62,634 bases of DNA from Leptolyngbyaceae cyanobacterium. Its GTDB lineage: Bacteria; Cyanobacteriota; Cyanobacteriia; Phormidesmidales; Phormidesmidaceae. The translations under genes and the position numbers were made by a program. The DNA is taken from positions 1 through 62,634 of the forward strand of contig JBHJHA010000016.1 in the NCBI GenBank assembly GCA_050331235.1, written 5' to 3'. This document shows positions 1 through 10,327 of the stretch, piece by piece (positions within the stretch are counted from its first letter, which is position 1; every line of letters starts with the position of its first letter). The notes beneath the pieces are model-generated. The model saw only the letters and a list, made by a program, of their open reading frames with translations. It was not told the DNA's origin and made no database searches.

Positions 1-523
1 ACCTATTTAAGGTAACTGGCTTTCAATATTCTCTCTGTCGAGGTTCACTTCTCTCAAAAGACCTCGCTACTTTCGCAGCGCTGTCTCCCTCGAGCGCTTT
101 ACCAATATAGCTACATCACATCTCAGTGTCAATACCTTTTATGGATTTTTTCTCGAAAGGCTGAAATTGAGTCCAGGCAGGGTGTTCAGAGGTTCTGTTT
201 CGCCTAAGTGGAGTAATCCCCATAAATTTCCTCGGGAAAGGATAAAGTTGTCGCCACACCTTCCTAGGATTGATACCACCCAGATACTGCCCAGGCATGG
301 GCGCTTCACAGGTCTCGAGTAATAGAGGCCACTGTTATCTGGTATTGCACTCAAGCCTTTGAAATTGCTACATTTGGCGTTCTTTTTCAAACAAAACCTA
401 AAATCGGCCTAGATGTAGAGCTATTGATGGGCTACTCTATGGGCATCGTGGGCGTGCTTAGAGATAGATGTAGCTAAGTTAGGCTTGCAAGAGTGGATTT
501 GTACTAGGTCAAGGATTGGGCTT

Positions 524-3500
524 ATGTCATTTGTAGGTCTACATATTCACAGCGACTATAGTTTGTTAGATGGCGCTAGCCAGCTACCTCAACTGATAGA
601 GCAGGTAAAGGCATTGGAGATGCCTGCGATCGCCCTCACTGACCACGGTGTAATGTATGGCGCCATTGAGCTGATAAAGGTTTGCCAAAAGGCTGGTATC
701 AAGCCCATCGTTGGCAACGAAATGTACTTGGTCAATGGAGACATTCAGCAGAAGTACAATGCTCTCGGAAAGAAGATCAGGCTGCCTCGCTACCACCAAG
801 TTGTCCTCGCGAAGAATACCCAGGGATACAAAAACCTGGTCAAGCAGACCACTATTCCCATTTGGAGGGCATGCAGGGTTCTGGAATATTCACTCGACCC
901 TGCATCAATAAAGATTTACTTGAGCAGTACAAAGAGGGGCTCATCGTTACCAGTGCCTGTCTTGGGGGGGAGGTACCGCAAGCAATTTTGCAGAAACGGC
1001 CCGATATTGCCCGCCGGGAAGCCCAGTGGTATTATGACGTTTTTGGCGACGATTACTATATGGAGATTCAAGATCACGGATCTCCAGAAGATCGGATTGT
1101 CAATGTTGAGGTTGTCAAGATAGCCCATGAACTTGATATCAAGGTCATTTGCACTAACGATTCTCACTTTATTTCATGCAATGACGTCGAGGCCCATGAT
1201 GCGCTGCTATGCATTCAGACCGGCAAACTGGTAACTGAAAATAAACGATTGCGCTACAGCGGAACAGAGTATCTGAAATCAGCCGATGAAATGCGATCGC
1301 TGTTCAGAGATCACTTACCCGATGATGTAATTGAAGAAGCGATTCAGAACACTTTAGAGGTTGCCGAAAAAGTTGAGCCTTACGAGGGGATTTTGGGCCA
1401 GCCCCGGATTCCAGATTTCCCGATTCCTGAACAGTTCAACGGCGCCGAGGACTACATGGCCTATGTGGCGCGAGACGGTTTAGTCAAGCGGATGAAGGCC
1501 CCGAGCTATGAGGAGATTTCGCAGGAGTATCGCGATCGCCTCGAATACGAAATCAAGATGATGATTCATATGGGGTTTCCGACCTACTTTTTGGTGGTGT
1601 GGGACTACATCCGATTTGCGCGGGAGAATAATATCCCAGTAGGACCGGGACGCGGTTCGGCGGCAGGATCGCTGGTCGCCTATGCCATGGGGATCACCAA
1701 TATTGACCCCGTGCATCATGGATTGCTGTTTGAGCGATTTCTCAATCCGGAACGGAAATCGATGCCTGATATTGACACCGACTTCTGCATCGAACGACGG
1801 GATGAGGTTATTGACTATGTGACAGAGAAGTACGGAAAAGAACGCGTCGCTCAGATCATCACTTTCAACCGAATGACATCGAAAGCGGTGTTGAAAGACG
1901 TGGCTCGTGTGCTGGACATCCCCTATGCCGAGTCCGATCGCATGGCCAAGCTTATCCCAGTTTCCCGGGGCAAGCCAACTAAGCTCAAAGTCATGGTGTC
2001 TGACGAAACGCCCGCACCAGAATTCAAGGAGCGCTATGACAAAGATCCGCAGGTACAGCGCTGGATCGACATGGCCATGAGGATTGAGGGCACTAACAAA
2101 ACCTTTGGCGTCCACGCAGCCGGAGTAGTGATTTCCAAAGACCCGCTCGATGAAATTGTGCCGCTGCAGCGCAACAATGATGGTCAGGTCATCACCCAGT
2201 ACTACATGGAGGATGTCGAAGCCCTCGGACTCTTAAAGATGGACTTTCTTGGGCTGCGAAATCTAACGATGATCCAACGCGCAGTGGAGTTAATAGAAGC
2301 CGGCAAAGGCGAAGTCCTGGATATGGATGCCCTGCCGATGGATGATCCAAACACCTTCAAACTACTCGAAAAAGGGGATCTAGGCGGCGTTTTCCAGCTT
2401 GAGTCCTCCGGCATGAGACAAATCGTGCGGGATTTGAAGCCGTCAGGTTTGGAAGATATTTCGTCAGTGCTTGCCCTCTATCGACCGGGACCATTGGATG
2501 CTGGGCTCATTCCCAAATTTATTGATCGCAAACACGGACGCGAAAAGATTGACTTTGCCGACAAAGTGCTAGAACCCATCCTCAGTGAAACCTACGGAAT
2601 CATGGTCTATCAAGAACAGATCATGAAAATCGCCCAAGACATGGCGGGCTACTCCCTAGGTCAGGCGGATTTGCTCAGGCGGGCAATGGGTAAGAAAAAA
2701 GTCGCCGAAATGGAAAAGCATAAAGGACAATTCATTGCGGGTTCCGTAGAAAAAGGCGTCCCGAAAAAGGTCGTCGAAGAACTCTGGGATCAAATGGTGA
2801 AGTTTGCCGAGTATTGCTTCAACAAGTCTCACTCCACAGCCTACGGATTTGTTACGTTTCAAACAGCATATCTGAAGGCAAATTACCCCGTTGAGTACAT
2901 GGCGGCGCTGCTGACTTCGAACAGCGGCGACCAGGACAAGGTGCAGATGCACATTGCCAACTGCCTGAACATGGGGATTGAGGTGTTGCCGCCGAACATC
3001 AACGAATCGTGGGTAGACTTTACCCCTAAGGGCAGCAAAATTTTGTTTGGTTTGTCGGCGGTGCGCAATGTTGGTCAGGGAGCCATCGAATGCATTTTGG
3101 CAAACCGGGACGAGGATGGGCCGTTTCACTCTTTACCAGAGCTGTGCGATCGCGTAGACCTGCGCTCTGTGAACCGTCGCGCTTTGGAAGCATTGATTCT
3201 TAGTGGCGCTTTTGACCCGATTGACCCTAACCGTAATCAGCTCATGCACGATTTAGAGTTTGTGCTGGAGTGGGCTCAGGGGCGAGCCCGCGATCGCGAA
3301 ATTGGGCAAGGCAATTTGTTTGACATGCTGGGCGGTGGAGAAACGGAAAGTACTGTACCCACTGGCGGGTTTGAAAGCGCACCCAAGGCACCACTGGTGG
3401 CCGACTTTGACCCCCAAGAAAAACTCAAGCAAGAAAAAGAGCTGCTGGGCTTCTACATCTCTGATCACCCGCTCAAGTCAATCCAACAGTCGGCGCGGAT

Positions 3501-4056
3501 TTTGGCACCGATCAATTTAGGAGAGCTAGAGGGATTGCCTGACAACGTTACCCTCAGCGCAATCGCGATGCTGGCCCACGTTAAGCCCGTTGTGACCAAG
3601 AAGGGTGATCGCATGGCGATTGTAACGTTAGAAGATCTCTCAGGTAGCGTTGAGGGGGTTGTCTTTCCGCGTTCTTACGAACGTATTGGGCAGTACATTC
3701 AACCTGATGCGCGGCTAATGGTGTGGGGAAAATGCGATCGCCGTGATGACCAAGTTCAATTCATTGTGGATGATGCCGAACCCATCGAAGACGTCAAGAT
3801 GGTGATGGTCGATCTTGACCCGAATATTGCTTCTGACATTGAGCAGCAGCATCGCCTCCGCAACGTGATTCGCAGCAACCAGGGAGATGATCCCAAATAT
3901 GCACGAGTCCCCGTGATTGCGGTCATCGGCAAAGCGCATCAGCGTCAAATCGTGCGGTTAGGGGCACAGTTCCGAGTTAAGGATGCCGAGGCCGCGATCT
4001 CAGCTCTAGCTCGGGCAGACTTTAAAGCCCGAACGAGTCCGCTGATCAGCGCCTAA
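524..4056 (+). CDS. dnaE: DNA polymerase III alpha subunit; contiguous, intein-free, apparent 1-nt frameshift near 854-858
   Basis: PHP N-terminus [17 protein letters not shown] (ATG 524) in one frame continues as SHLEG...[11 protein letters not shown]...MPDIDTDF...[10 protein letters not shown] plus C-terminal OB fold in the -1 frame. Confidence 0.95.
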
Positions 4057-4229
4057 AACGCCTTTAAAGAATATTATTTCACTTGAGCAGGAATCGGTCA
4101 GATGTTTACTCATCCACTGATTAGCCTGCTTTCAATTATTAGTGCAGACTACATTTTTTTGTTCACTGATTTAGGCTTTCGGGAAATATTACAAAGTCGC
4201 ATTACTGGCTTTGTGTATCAGTGCTCAGG

Positions 4230-4757
4230 ATGAACTATCGGAAGAGCGGTCAGGCAGGATTTACACTTTTAGAAGTTCTGATCGTAGTTGTCATCACCGG
4301 TATTTTGGGAGTGATCGCGACCCCTTCATGGCTTAATTTCCTGGCTAATCGGGAAGTGGAAGCAGCGCGGGACGAACTTCACCAAGGCATTCGTCAAGCC
4401 CAGACCCAAGCGATTGCAAACGGTGCAGCCTGGCAGTTTAGTATTCGAGAATCCAGTGATCAGGTTGAATGGGCTGTTCATCAAAGTGGAATTAGTTGGG
4501 ATGCGATTTCCACCTGGCAACAACTCAGCCCCAAAATTGTCCTAGATTTAGACAACACTTCAAACGCAATTCGAGATGGCGTTCACTATATTGCCTTCGA
4601 TTTCAAAGGCACAGTCGAGCAGCGCTATATCATTACCCTAGAAGATCGAAATAGCATTGCTGACAAAAAATGCGTCTGGATTGCCAACTTACTCGGTCGA
4701 ATTCAGAATGGGAAAGAGCTGCCGGCACCGAATCGATGGGGCCTGAAATGCTTTTGA
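4230..4757 (+). CDS. Type IV pilin-like / GspH-FimT pseudopilin
   Basis: Class III signal QAG|FTLLEVLIVVVITGILGVIATPSW with Glu at +5. Confidence 0.85.
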   Translation: MNYRKSGQAGFTLLEVLIVVVITGILGVIATPSWLNFLANREVEAARDELHQGIRQAQTQAIANGAAWQFSIRESSDQVEWAVHQSGISWDAISTWQQLSPKIVLDLDNTSNAIRDGVHYIAFDFKGTVEQRYIITLEDRNSIADKKCVWIANLLGRIQNGKELPAPNRWGLKCF

Positions 4758-4875
4758 TGAGATCTGCTGGCGATGGGCATCCAAATTGCTGCCACAAATC
4801 TTTTTCAGAACGACTGTTTAGCATTTCGCATCCAAGCTGAATGTCTGCCTGTTTTTGACTTTCGGTTTCTCAAAC

Positions 4876-7800
4876 TCAAAAATTACAGATCTGGCGATCG
4901 TGATCGCTGACCAGAGGATTAGTTTGCAGGTAATCCTGTAGCCATTGACACGCATAGTCGGCAGGCTCAAGCGACATAATGGCCGGGATATCCCATCGAA
5001 TGATGGTTTTGTCATTGCTAGCCGAAAAAAGATACTGCGCATCCGGGCTAAACACAACTCGCAAGACCTTAGCAGTATGCTGGGTCAATGTCGTATGTAA
5101 CGTTCCATCTTGCAACCACAGCTTAATAGTTTGATCGGCACTACCAGTGGCTAAGTAGAGATTATTAGCTTCGCCCTGCAAATTTTCGGGAGCAAAGGTC
5201 ACATCCCAGACGACATCCGTGTGCCCCGCAAGAGTCTGTAGATTTTCTCCAGTGGCGGTATTCCACAGTTGAGCGGTCTGATCGATGCTGGACGACGCGA
5301 GGATAGTACCGTCACGGTTAAATTCCAAATCACGAACCGGCGCTCGATGTCCCTGCAACTCACCAACCACTTCGGCAGTTTCACTATCTATAAGTTGAAT
5401 GATGGAAGTACCGCTCAGGGCGATTTGAGCACCATTGGGGTGCCAAACCGCGCTATTTGTGATTCGTTGCTCTAGCGGAATAGGTTCTAGGGTTTGATCG
5501 GATGCTCGCCAGCGATAGATCGCCCCATCATTACCACCAATGATGAGCTCTGGCTGCTCAGGGTGAAAGTCGATGCGACCACCGATTTCGCGGCCTCCAT
5601 CAATGGTGGAAAGAAGTTCACCGCGGGGATCCCATAAACGGACTGTGCCGTCAAAACTCGAAGAAGCCAATTGCTGACCATCCGGGCTAAAGGTCAGATA
5701 GATGATCGGTGCTCGGTGGGCATCAATCGTTTTGAGCAGTGTCCCATCGCGGCGCCAAAGTTTAATCTGCGCGTCACTACCAGCGGAGGCTAACAAATTA
5801 CCATCGGGGTGGATGGCGATCGCAATCACTGAAGCCTGATGATTGCCCAGTACCGAATAAAAGGGCGAATCGAGTTGCCAGAGCACTAGCTCCCGATCTT
5901 CACTGCGCCCTGAAGCAACCAAATATTTGCCATCGGGACTAAAGCTGATTGAGCGGCCGACCGCAAACGTACTCGGATACGCCAGTACCGGCTCACCGTT
6001 CAGCCGCCAAAAGCGAATTTCATCGTCTTCACTGACGGAAGCAAGTAACTGATCGGCTGTCCTCAACTGGACGCTAGTAACAGGAGCCTGGTGTCCGCTA
6101 AAGGTTCGGATGAGCTCTCCGGCCATGCTCCACAGCTTCAGCGTATTGTCGGTACTGGCGGAAATCAGGCGGCTATCAGCGGTGAACAGAACTGCCGTAA
6201 CGGTTGAGTCGTGGCCGGTCAAGGTCTGAAGCAAACGACCATCAGTCTGGTTCCAAAGCTTAATAGTGGCATCAGCACTGGCTGAAGCGATCGCTTGACC
6301 GTCGGGACTAAAGACCACACTGCGGACCATGGCTTGATGGCCGGTCAAAGTCTGTAATAAGGTGCCATCCAATTGCCACAGCTTCGCGGTCTTATCAACG
6401 CTGCCTGAAAGCAACTTTTGGCCATCGGGGCTGAAGGCCAAACTAGTGATAAAGCCCTGGTGAGCTTGAATCTCGATTAATACTTTGCCGGTGTCCACTT
6501 GCCATAGCTGAATCAAATCAGTCCCGCCCGTTGCCAAAATTTTGCCAGAAGGACTAAAGGCAATTTGCCGTACGCCGTCTTGATTCACCGTCAACGTTTG
6601 CTGGAGCGTCCCATCAGGTGACCATAGTTTCACCGTGCCGTCTAGGCTGGTCGAAGCAATTTGGCGACCGTCAGGGCGATAAACAACCTGGCGAATATCT
6701 CCCGCATGGCCCGAAAAACGATTCTTTTCATTAAGACCAAAAATGATTTGTTTCAGGGTGTCGTCGATTTCCTGGGCAAGCTCGGGACTGGGCCGGTCTA
6801 GCCCTTTCAGTTGCCGATGGGCCTTCACTGCTTGCAGCAACGCATCTAATCGCTGCCGAGAGTCAAACCATCCCCGGGCCGAGGCCAATAGAGCTTGGAT
6901 TTCACTTTCACGGGCAATTTGCTCATTGCGGTTGGCTTGCTGAGAGGCGACCCAAGCCGCTAGACCGAGACCTGTCGATAATATAAAGCCAGCGCCAATG
7001 GCCCCCAACAACCACCGTTGCAACCGTGCATTCCGGCGAGACTGTTGAAGCTGCGCCGCGATCGCCTGGCTACGTTCAGCCTCAAGGGTCGTTTGGATAG
7101 CTTGGAGATCGCTCTCTACCGAAGCAGCCAAAAACTGATAATCTTCATCGCTTAGTCGTTTATTCTGGGTCCACTGCTGAGCATCTCGCAGCGCTTGCCC
7201 CCGCAGCAATCGCGAGGCATCTTGCCGGTCGGAGTCAAGCCAAGCCGTCAGCGCTTGCGAGTAAGGCCGCAAACTGCTCAAGTGGTGAGCTACCCACGCT
7301 GCGTCAAACACCGCTCGATAAATCGGGTTTTTGACTTGTAAGCCATCGCCAACTTTGCGAACTAGGCCAGCCAACTGTAATTCAGAGGCTTCCTCCGAGT
7401 CGTCGTGGGGAATCTGCCCTTGCCGCAAAATCTGCTGATAGCGACCGAGCAATCGCCCTATGCGCTCAGGATGCCGCAGGAGGCGATCGCGGATGGTTCG
7501 TAAATGCTCGGGCTCATCTTGGGATTCCCACTGGTGCAGGAGGCGATCGTGGACTAATCTCGCCACCCAAGATGTCGCTTGCTCGGTGGGCACAACAACT
7601 TTTCTTGCTTGATTTTGGGCAAGCTGCCAAATCAGCGCACACAGCTTATGGGTTAAAAACGGCTGTCCCCCAGTCCACCGAAGAATTTCTTGAAGGATCA
7701 TCGGTGCTGGGGTGATGGCTTCTTGCAACCCGATGAGCAACGGGCCACACTCCTCAAACTGAAACCCGTCTAAGGAAATAGGCTGACCAATGTTGAAGGG

Positions 7801-8421
7801 CGTTCGCTGGCGATCGCAAATCAGAGCGCGGGGCGTGGCCACCCCAAACACCCCAAACGTCAACCGACAGTATTGAGGATCGATGGCCCGCTGGTTATAG
7901 CAGTATCGAATGAGCGCAAAAAAATCATCTAAGGGAAATGACAGACTGAGAATGCTGTCGATTTCATCAATCAAAATGACAAACGAGTCTTCAGGAAACC
8001 CTTCCAACAGCACTTCTTGAAAAAATCGCCGGAGCTTTTGGGCCGGGGACAGATCGCCTTGAGCCTCCCACCAACCTTTGTAATGGCCCTGGCTAAACAA
8101 GCCCAGGCTACGCCACAGATCAGCCACAATGCCTCGATACCATTGACCGGCCGTGACCTGCTGGCTACCCAAACTGGTAATGTCAAGGGTCGCATAGCGC
8201 CGTCCAGCCTCTTCCAAGTGCCGTAGCGTATGCACCAGCAAAGACGACTTTCCCATCTGCCGACTATTCAGCACATAACAAAACTCACCTTGCAACAGCA
8301 ATCGCGGAAGATGGCGGTCAGCCTCCCGATAAACGTAGCTAGGTAGCGTCAGGCTGAGGCTTCCCCCGACTTGGTAAGGCGTCTGCCCTGATTGGGCCGA
8401 AGTTGAGGCAATGGAAACCAC
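4876..8421 (-). CDS. AAA_35 (STAND-like) NTPase - coiled coil - TM helix - 14 WD40 repeats
   Basis: YQVGGSL start, Walker A NSRQMGKSS, Walker B VILIDEID, WTGGQPFLT, hydrophobic WLLGAIGAGFILSTGLGLAAWVA, repeated GH...FSPDG...D.T.KLW. Confidence 0.88.
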   Translation of the reverse strand: MVSIASTSAQSGQTPYQVGGSLSLTLPSYVYREADRHLPRLLLQGEFCYVLNSRQMGKSSLLVHTLRHLEEAGRRYATLDITSLGSQQVTAGQWYRGIVADLWRSLGLFSQGHYKGWWEAQGDLSPAQKLRRFFQEVLLEGFPEDSFVILIDEIDSILSLSFPLDDFFALIRYCYNQRAIDPQYCRLTFGVFGVATPRALICDRQRTPFNIGQPISLDGFQFEECGPLLIGLQEAITPAPMILQEILRWTGGQPFLTHKLCALIWQLAQNQARKVVVPTEQATSWVARLVHDRLLHQWESQDEPEHLRTIRDRLLRHPERIGRLLGRYQQILRQGQIPHDDSEEASELQLAGLVRKVGDGLQVKNPIYRAVFDAAWVAHHLSSLRPYSQALTAWLDSDRQDASRLLRGQALRDAQQWTQNKRLSDEDYQFLAASVESDLQAIQTTLEAERSQAIAAQLQQSRRNARLQRWLLGAIGAGFILSTGLGLAAWVASQQANRNEQIARESEIQALLASARGWFDSRQRLDALLQAVKAHRQLKGLDRPSPELAQEIDDTLKQIIFGLNEKNRFSGHAGDIRQVVYRPDGRQIASTSLDGTVKLWSPDGTLQQTLTVNQDGVRQIAFSPSGKILATGGTDLIQLWQVDTGKVLIEIQAHQGFITSLAFSPDGQKLLSGSVDKTAKLWQLDGTLLQTLTGHQAMVRSVVFSPDGQAIASASADATIKLWNQTDGRLLQTLTGHDSTVTAVLFTADSRLISASTDNTLKLWSMAGELIRTFSGHQAPVTSVQLRTADQLLASVSEDDEIRFWRLNGEPVLAYPSTFAVGRSISFSPDGKYLVASGRSEDRELVLWQLDSPFYSVLGNHQASVIAIAIHPDGNLLASAGSDAQIKLWRRDGTLLKTIDAHRAPIIYLTFSPDGQQLASSSFDGTVRLWDPRGELLSTIDGGREIGGRIDFHPEQPELIIGGNDGAIYRWRASDQTLEPIPLEQRITNSAVWHPNGAQIALSGTSIIQLIDSETAEVVGELQGHRAPVRDLEFNRDGTILASSSIDQTAQLWNTATGENLQTLAGHTDVVWDVTFAPENLQGEANNLYLATGSADQTIKLWLQDGTLHTTLTQHTAKVLRVVFSPDAQYLFSASNDKTIIRWDIPAIMSLEPADYACQWLQDYLQTNPLVSDHDRQICNF

Positions 8422-8444
8422 GATATGTCTGCACCGACGTCAAT

Positions 8445-10049
8445 TTACAAAATCGAAATCACCGTGACGCGATCGCGCCCCAACCGTTTCGACTCATAGA
8501 GAACTCGATCGGCCGTTTCGATCAGCGCTTGGGGAGTACAATTATTCCCCGATAACGCTACCGCGACCCCCAGGCTAACAGTCACCTGCGGGGTACTCGC
8601 ACAAGCGGTTTGCTCACTGACTTGCTCCCGCAAATGCTCGGCCCGTTGCTGAGCCGCCATCAAGTCCGTATTGGGCAAAATGATCGCAAATTCCTCGCCG
8701 CCATAGCGAGCGACAAAGTCAGAGTCAGCCCGAATACTTTCCTGCAAGATTATGGCAACCTGACGTAAGCATTGGTCGCCAACCAAATGCCCAAATGAAT
8801 CGTTGTAGCTCTTAAAGTGATCGATATCGCATAGCATCAAGGTCAACGGTTGCTGCATTCGGAGTAGCTCTTGGCAAGCAAAGTTTAGATGCAGGTCAAA
8901 GGCACGACGATTGGGAATTTGGGTCAGCGCATCCGTATTTGCCAACATTTGGAGGCGGCGATTTTCTTGCTGGAGATCCACCTGGGTTGAATAATTTTGC
9001 ACATCTTCTGAAAGCTCGGTGGCGAAATAGCGCCTAAACAGCTCACAAGAAAAGTGATAACGCCCTTGGTTAAACTGGACAATCCCTAAGCTATCCAGCT
9101 GATAGGCAAGCTGCGAGGGCAGTTGCAAACCATCAGGCGCATTGACCAGCTCCTGCAAAACATTTTGTAGCTGAGGCTGGTGCCGGACAGTCGCGTAACA
9201 CTGTCGCAAATATTCACCGGCTGGCCCACTCGGGTGTAAGAGCACATCTATTAACGCTTCGGCCGCTTCAGGTCTCGAAGCCTGTAAATGTGCAATGACC
9301 GTATGGACCAAGTAGGGATGCCCACCCACAAAATTCACGAGCTGATTGATGATGCTTTCCCAAGCGTTATCGAGGTGTAAGGGCAATTCATACAGCTCAG
9401 CCAGTTCCCTGGCTTGGGCATAGGTAAACGGCGGTAGGTTCAAAGGCCGACCAACATTAAACGGTGACTGCTCTAGCTCTAGGGGAACATACACTTCGGT
9501 GGAATAAGACATCACCAATCGCAGGTTTTGCCACAGGGGCGATCGCTGAGCTTGCTCATGCCAAAAGCGCAACATTGACAGAAAATCGCCGGCAATCTCT
9601 GGATGCTCTAGAACTCGATCAAGCTCTTTCAGCACCAGCACTATTGGCCGGTCGAGCTGCCTGAGTAGGCGATTTTCGAAGTAAATCGTGCAGCTGACCT
9701 TACTGCCAATCTCTTCGTCCCACCAGTCATCTAAATCATCCGATAGGCCAAGCTGCAAAGCACTCAGCCGACAAAACCACCGCAACAAGCTGCGCAAATC
9801 GACAAAGCATGAGCGCTCCGTTTGCCCAAAGTCAATCTCACAGGTATGAAACCTGAGGGCCTGAGCATGGGTCAGAATTCTGATAATTAAAGAACTTTTG
9901 CCCATTTTCTTGGGCGCTTTGATTCTGATTAGACTCCCAGGTTGTTCGATCTCAGCGAAGGCAAATTCTTCCAGAGGGGGACGTTCGATGTAGTACGGAG
10001 AGTCAAACTTTAAGGGGCCAGTTGGCCATTTTTCTTGTACAGTCGGCAT
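8445..10049 (-). CDS. AAA_35 (STAND-like) domain fused to GGDEF diguanylate cyclase
   Basis: DSPYYIERPPLE, Walker A KAPKKMGKSS, SPFNVG, GGHPYL; C-terminal TDALTQIPNRRAF, DIDHFKSYND, RYGGEEF. ATG 10049 preferred over TTG 10106. Confidence 0.88.
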   Translation of the reverse strand: MPTVQEKWPTGPLKFDSPYYIERPPLEEFAFAEIEQPGSLIRIKAPKKMGKSSLIIRILTHAQALRFHTCEIDFGQTERSCFVDLRSLLRWFCRLSALQLGLSDDLDDWWDEEIGSKVSCTIYFENRLLRQLDRPIVLVLKELDRVLEHPEIAGDFLSMLRFWHEQAQRSPLWQNLRLVMSYSTEVYVPLELEQSPFNVGRPLNLPPFTYAQARELAELYELPLHLDNAWESIINQLVNFVGGHPYLVHTVIAHLQASRPEAAEALIDVLLHPSGPAGEYLRQCYATVRHQPQLQNVLQELVNAPDGLQLPSQLAYQLDSLGIVQFNQGRYHFSCELFRRYFATELSEDVQNYSTQVDLQQENRRLQMLANTDALTQIPNRRAFDLHLNFACQELLRMQQPLTLMLCDIDHFKSYNDSFGHLVGDQCLRQVAIILQESIRADSDFVARYGGEEFAIILPNTDLMAAQQRAEHLREQVSEQTACASTPQVTVSLGVAVALSGNNCTPQALIETADRVLYESKRLGRDRVTVISIL

Positions 10050-10327
10050 TAATGGATGCACTTTAACAATTCCTGAAAGTTGAACAACCGGATTGATTTG
10101 ATACAACTACTGGGTATATTTAATGTTCACTTTATACTTCTGAATGTAACACCGTTCTTAAAGCGACGGTTTTTCCCATCCTGACTGATAATTGCTTGCA
10201 AGCCGGCCAATATTTTTAGCTGTCGCCTCTTTGCCCTCATCCCCATGTCGTGCAAAAAAGCTAAAGAAATCAGCAGAAAGATTTGAGAGGATTTTAAGGT
10301 GAGGGAGTTGATGTTGGAGCGATCGCG

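Noticed and set aside
1..480. Short ORFs 116-298 and 139-390
   Set aside because: No recognisable motifs or RBS; probably intergenic.
829..835. C AAA AAC as a programmed -1 frameshift site in dnaE
   Set aside because: Not a full XXXYYYZ heptamer, and shifting here would replace the conserved NLVK.TT segment.
682..856. N-terminal part of the 1124-aa ORF as the real DnaE start
   Set aside because: Non-homologous until SHLEG; the true PHP N-terminus is in the other frame from ATG 524.
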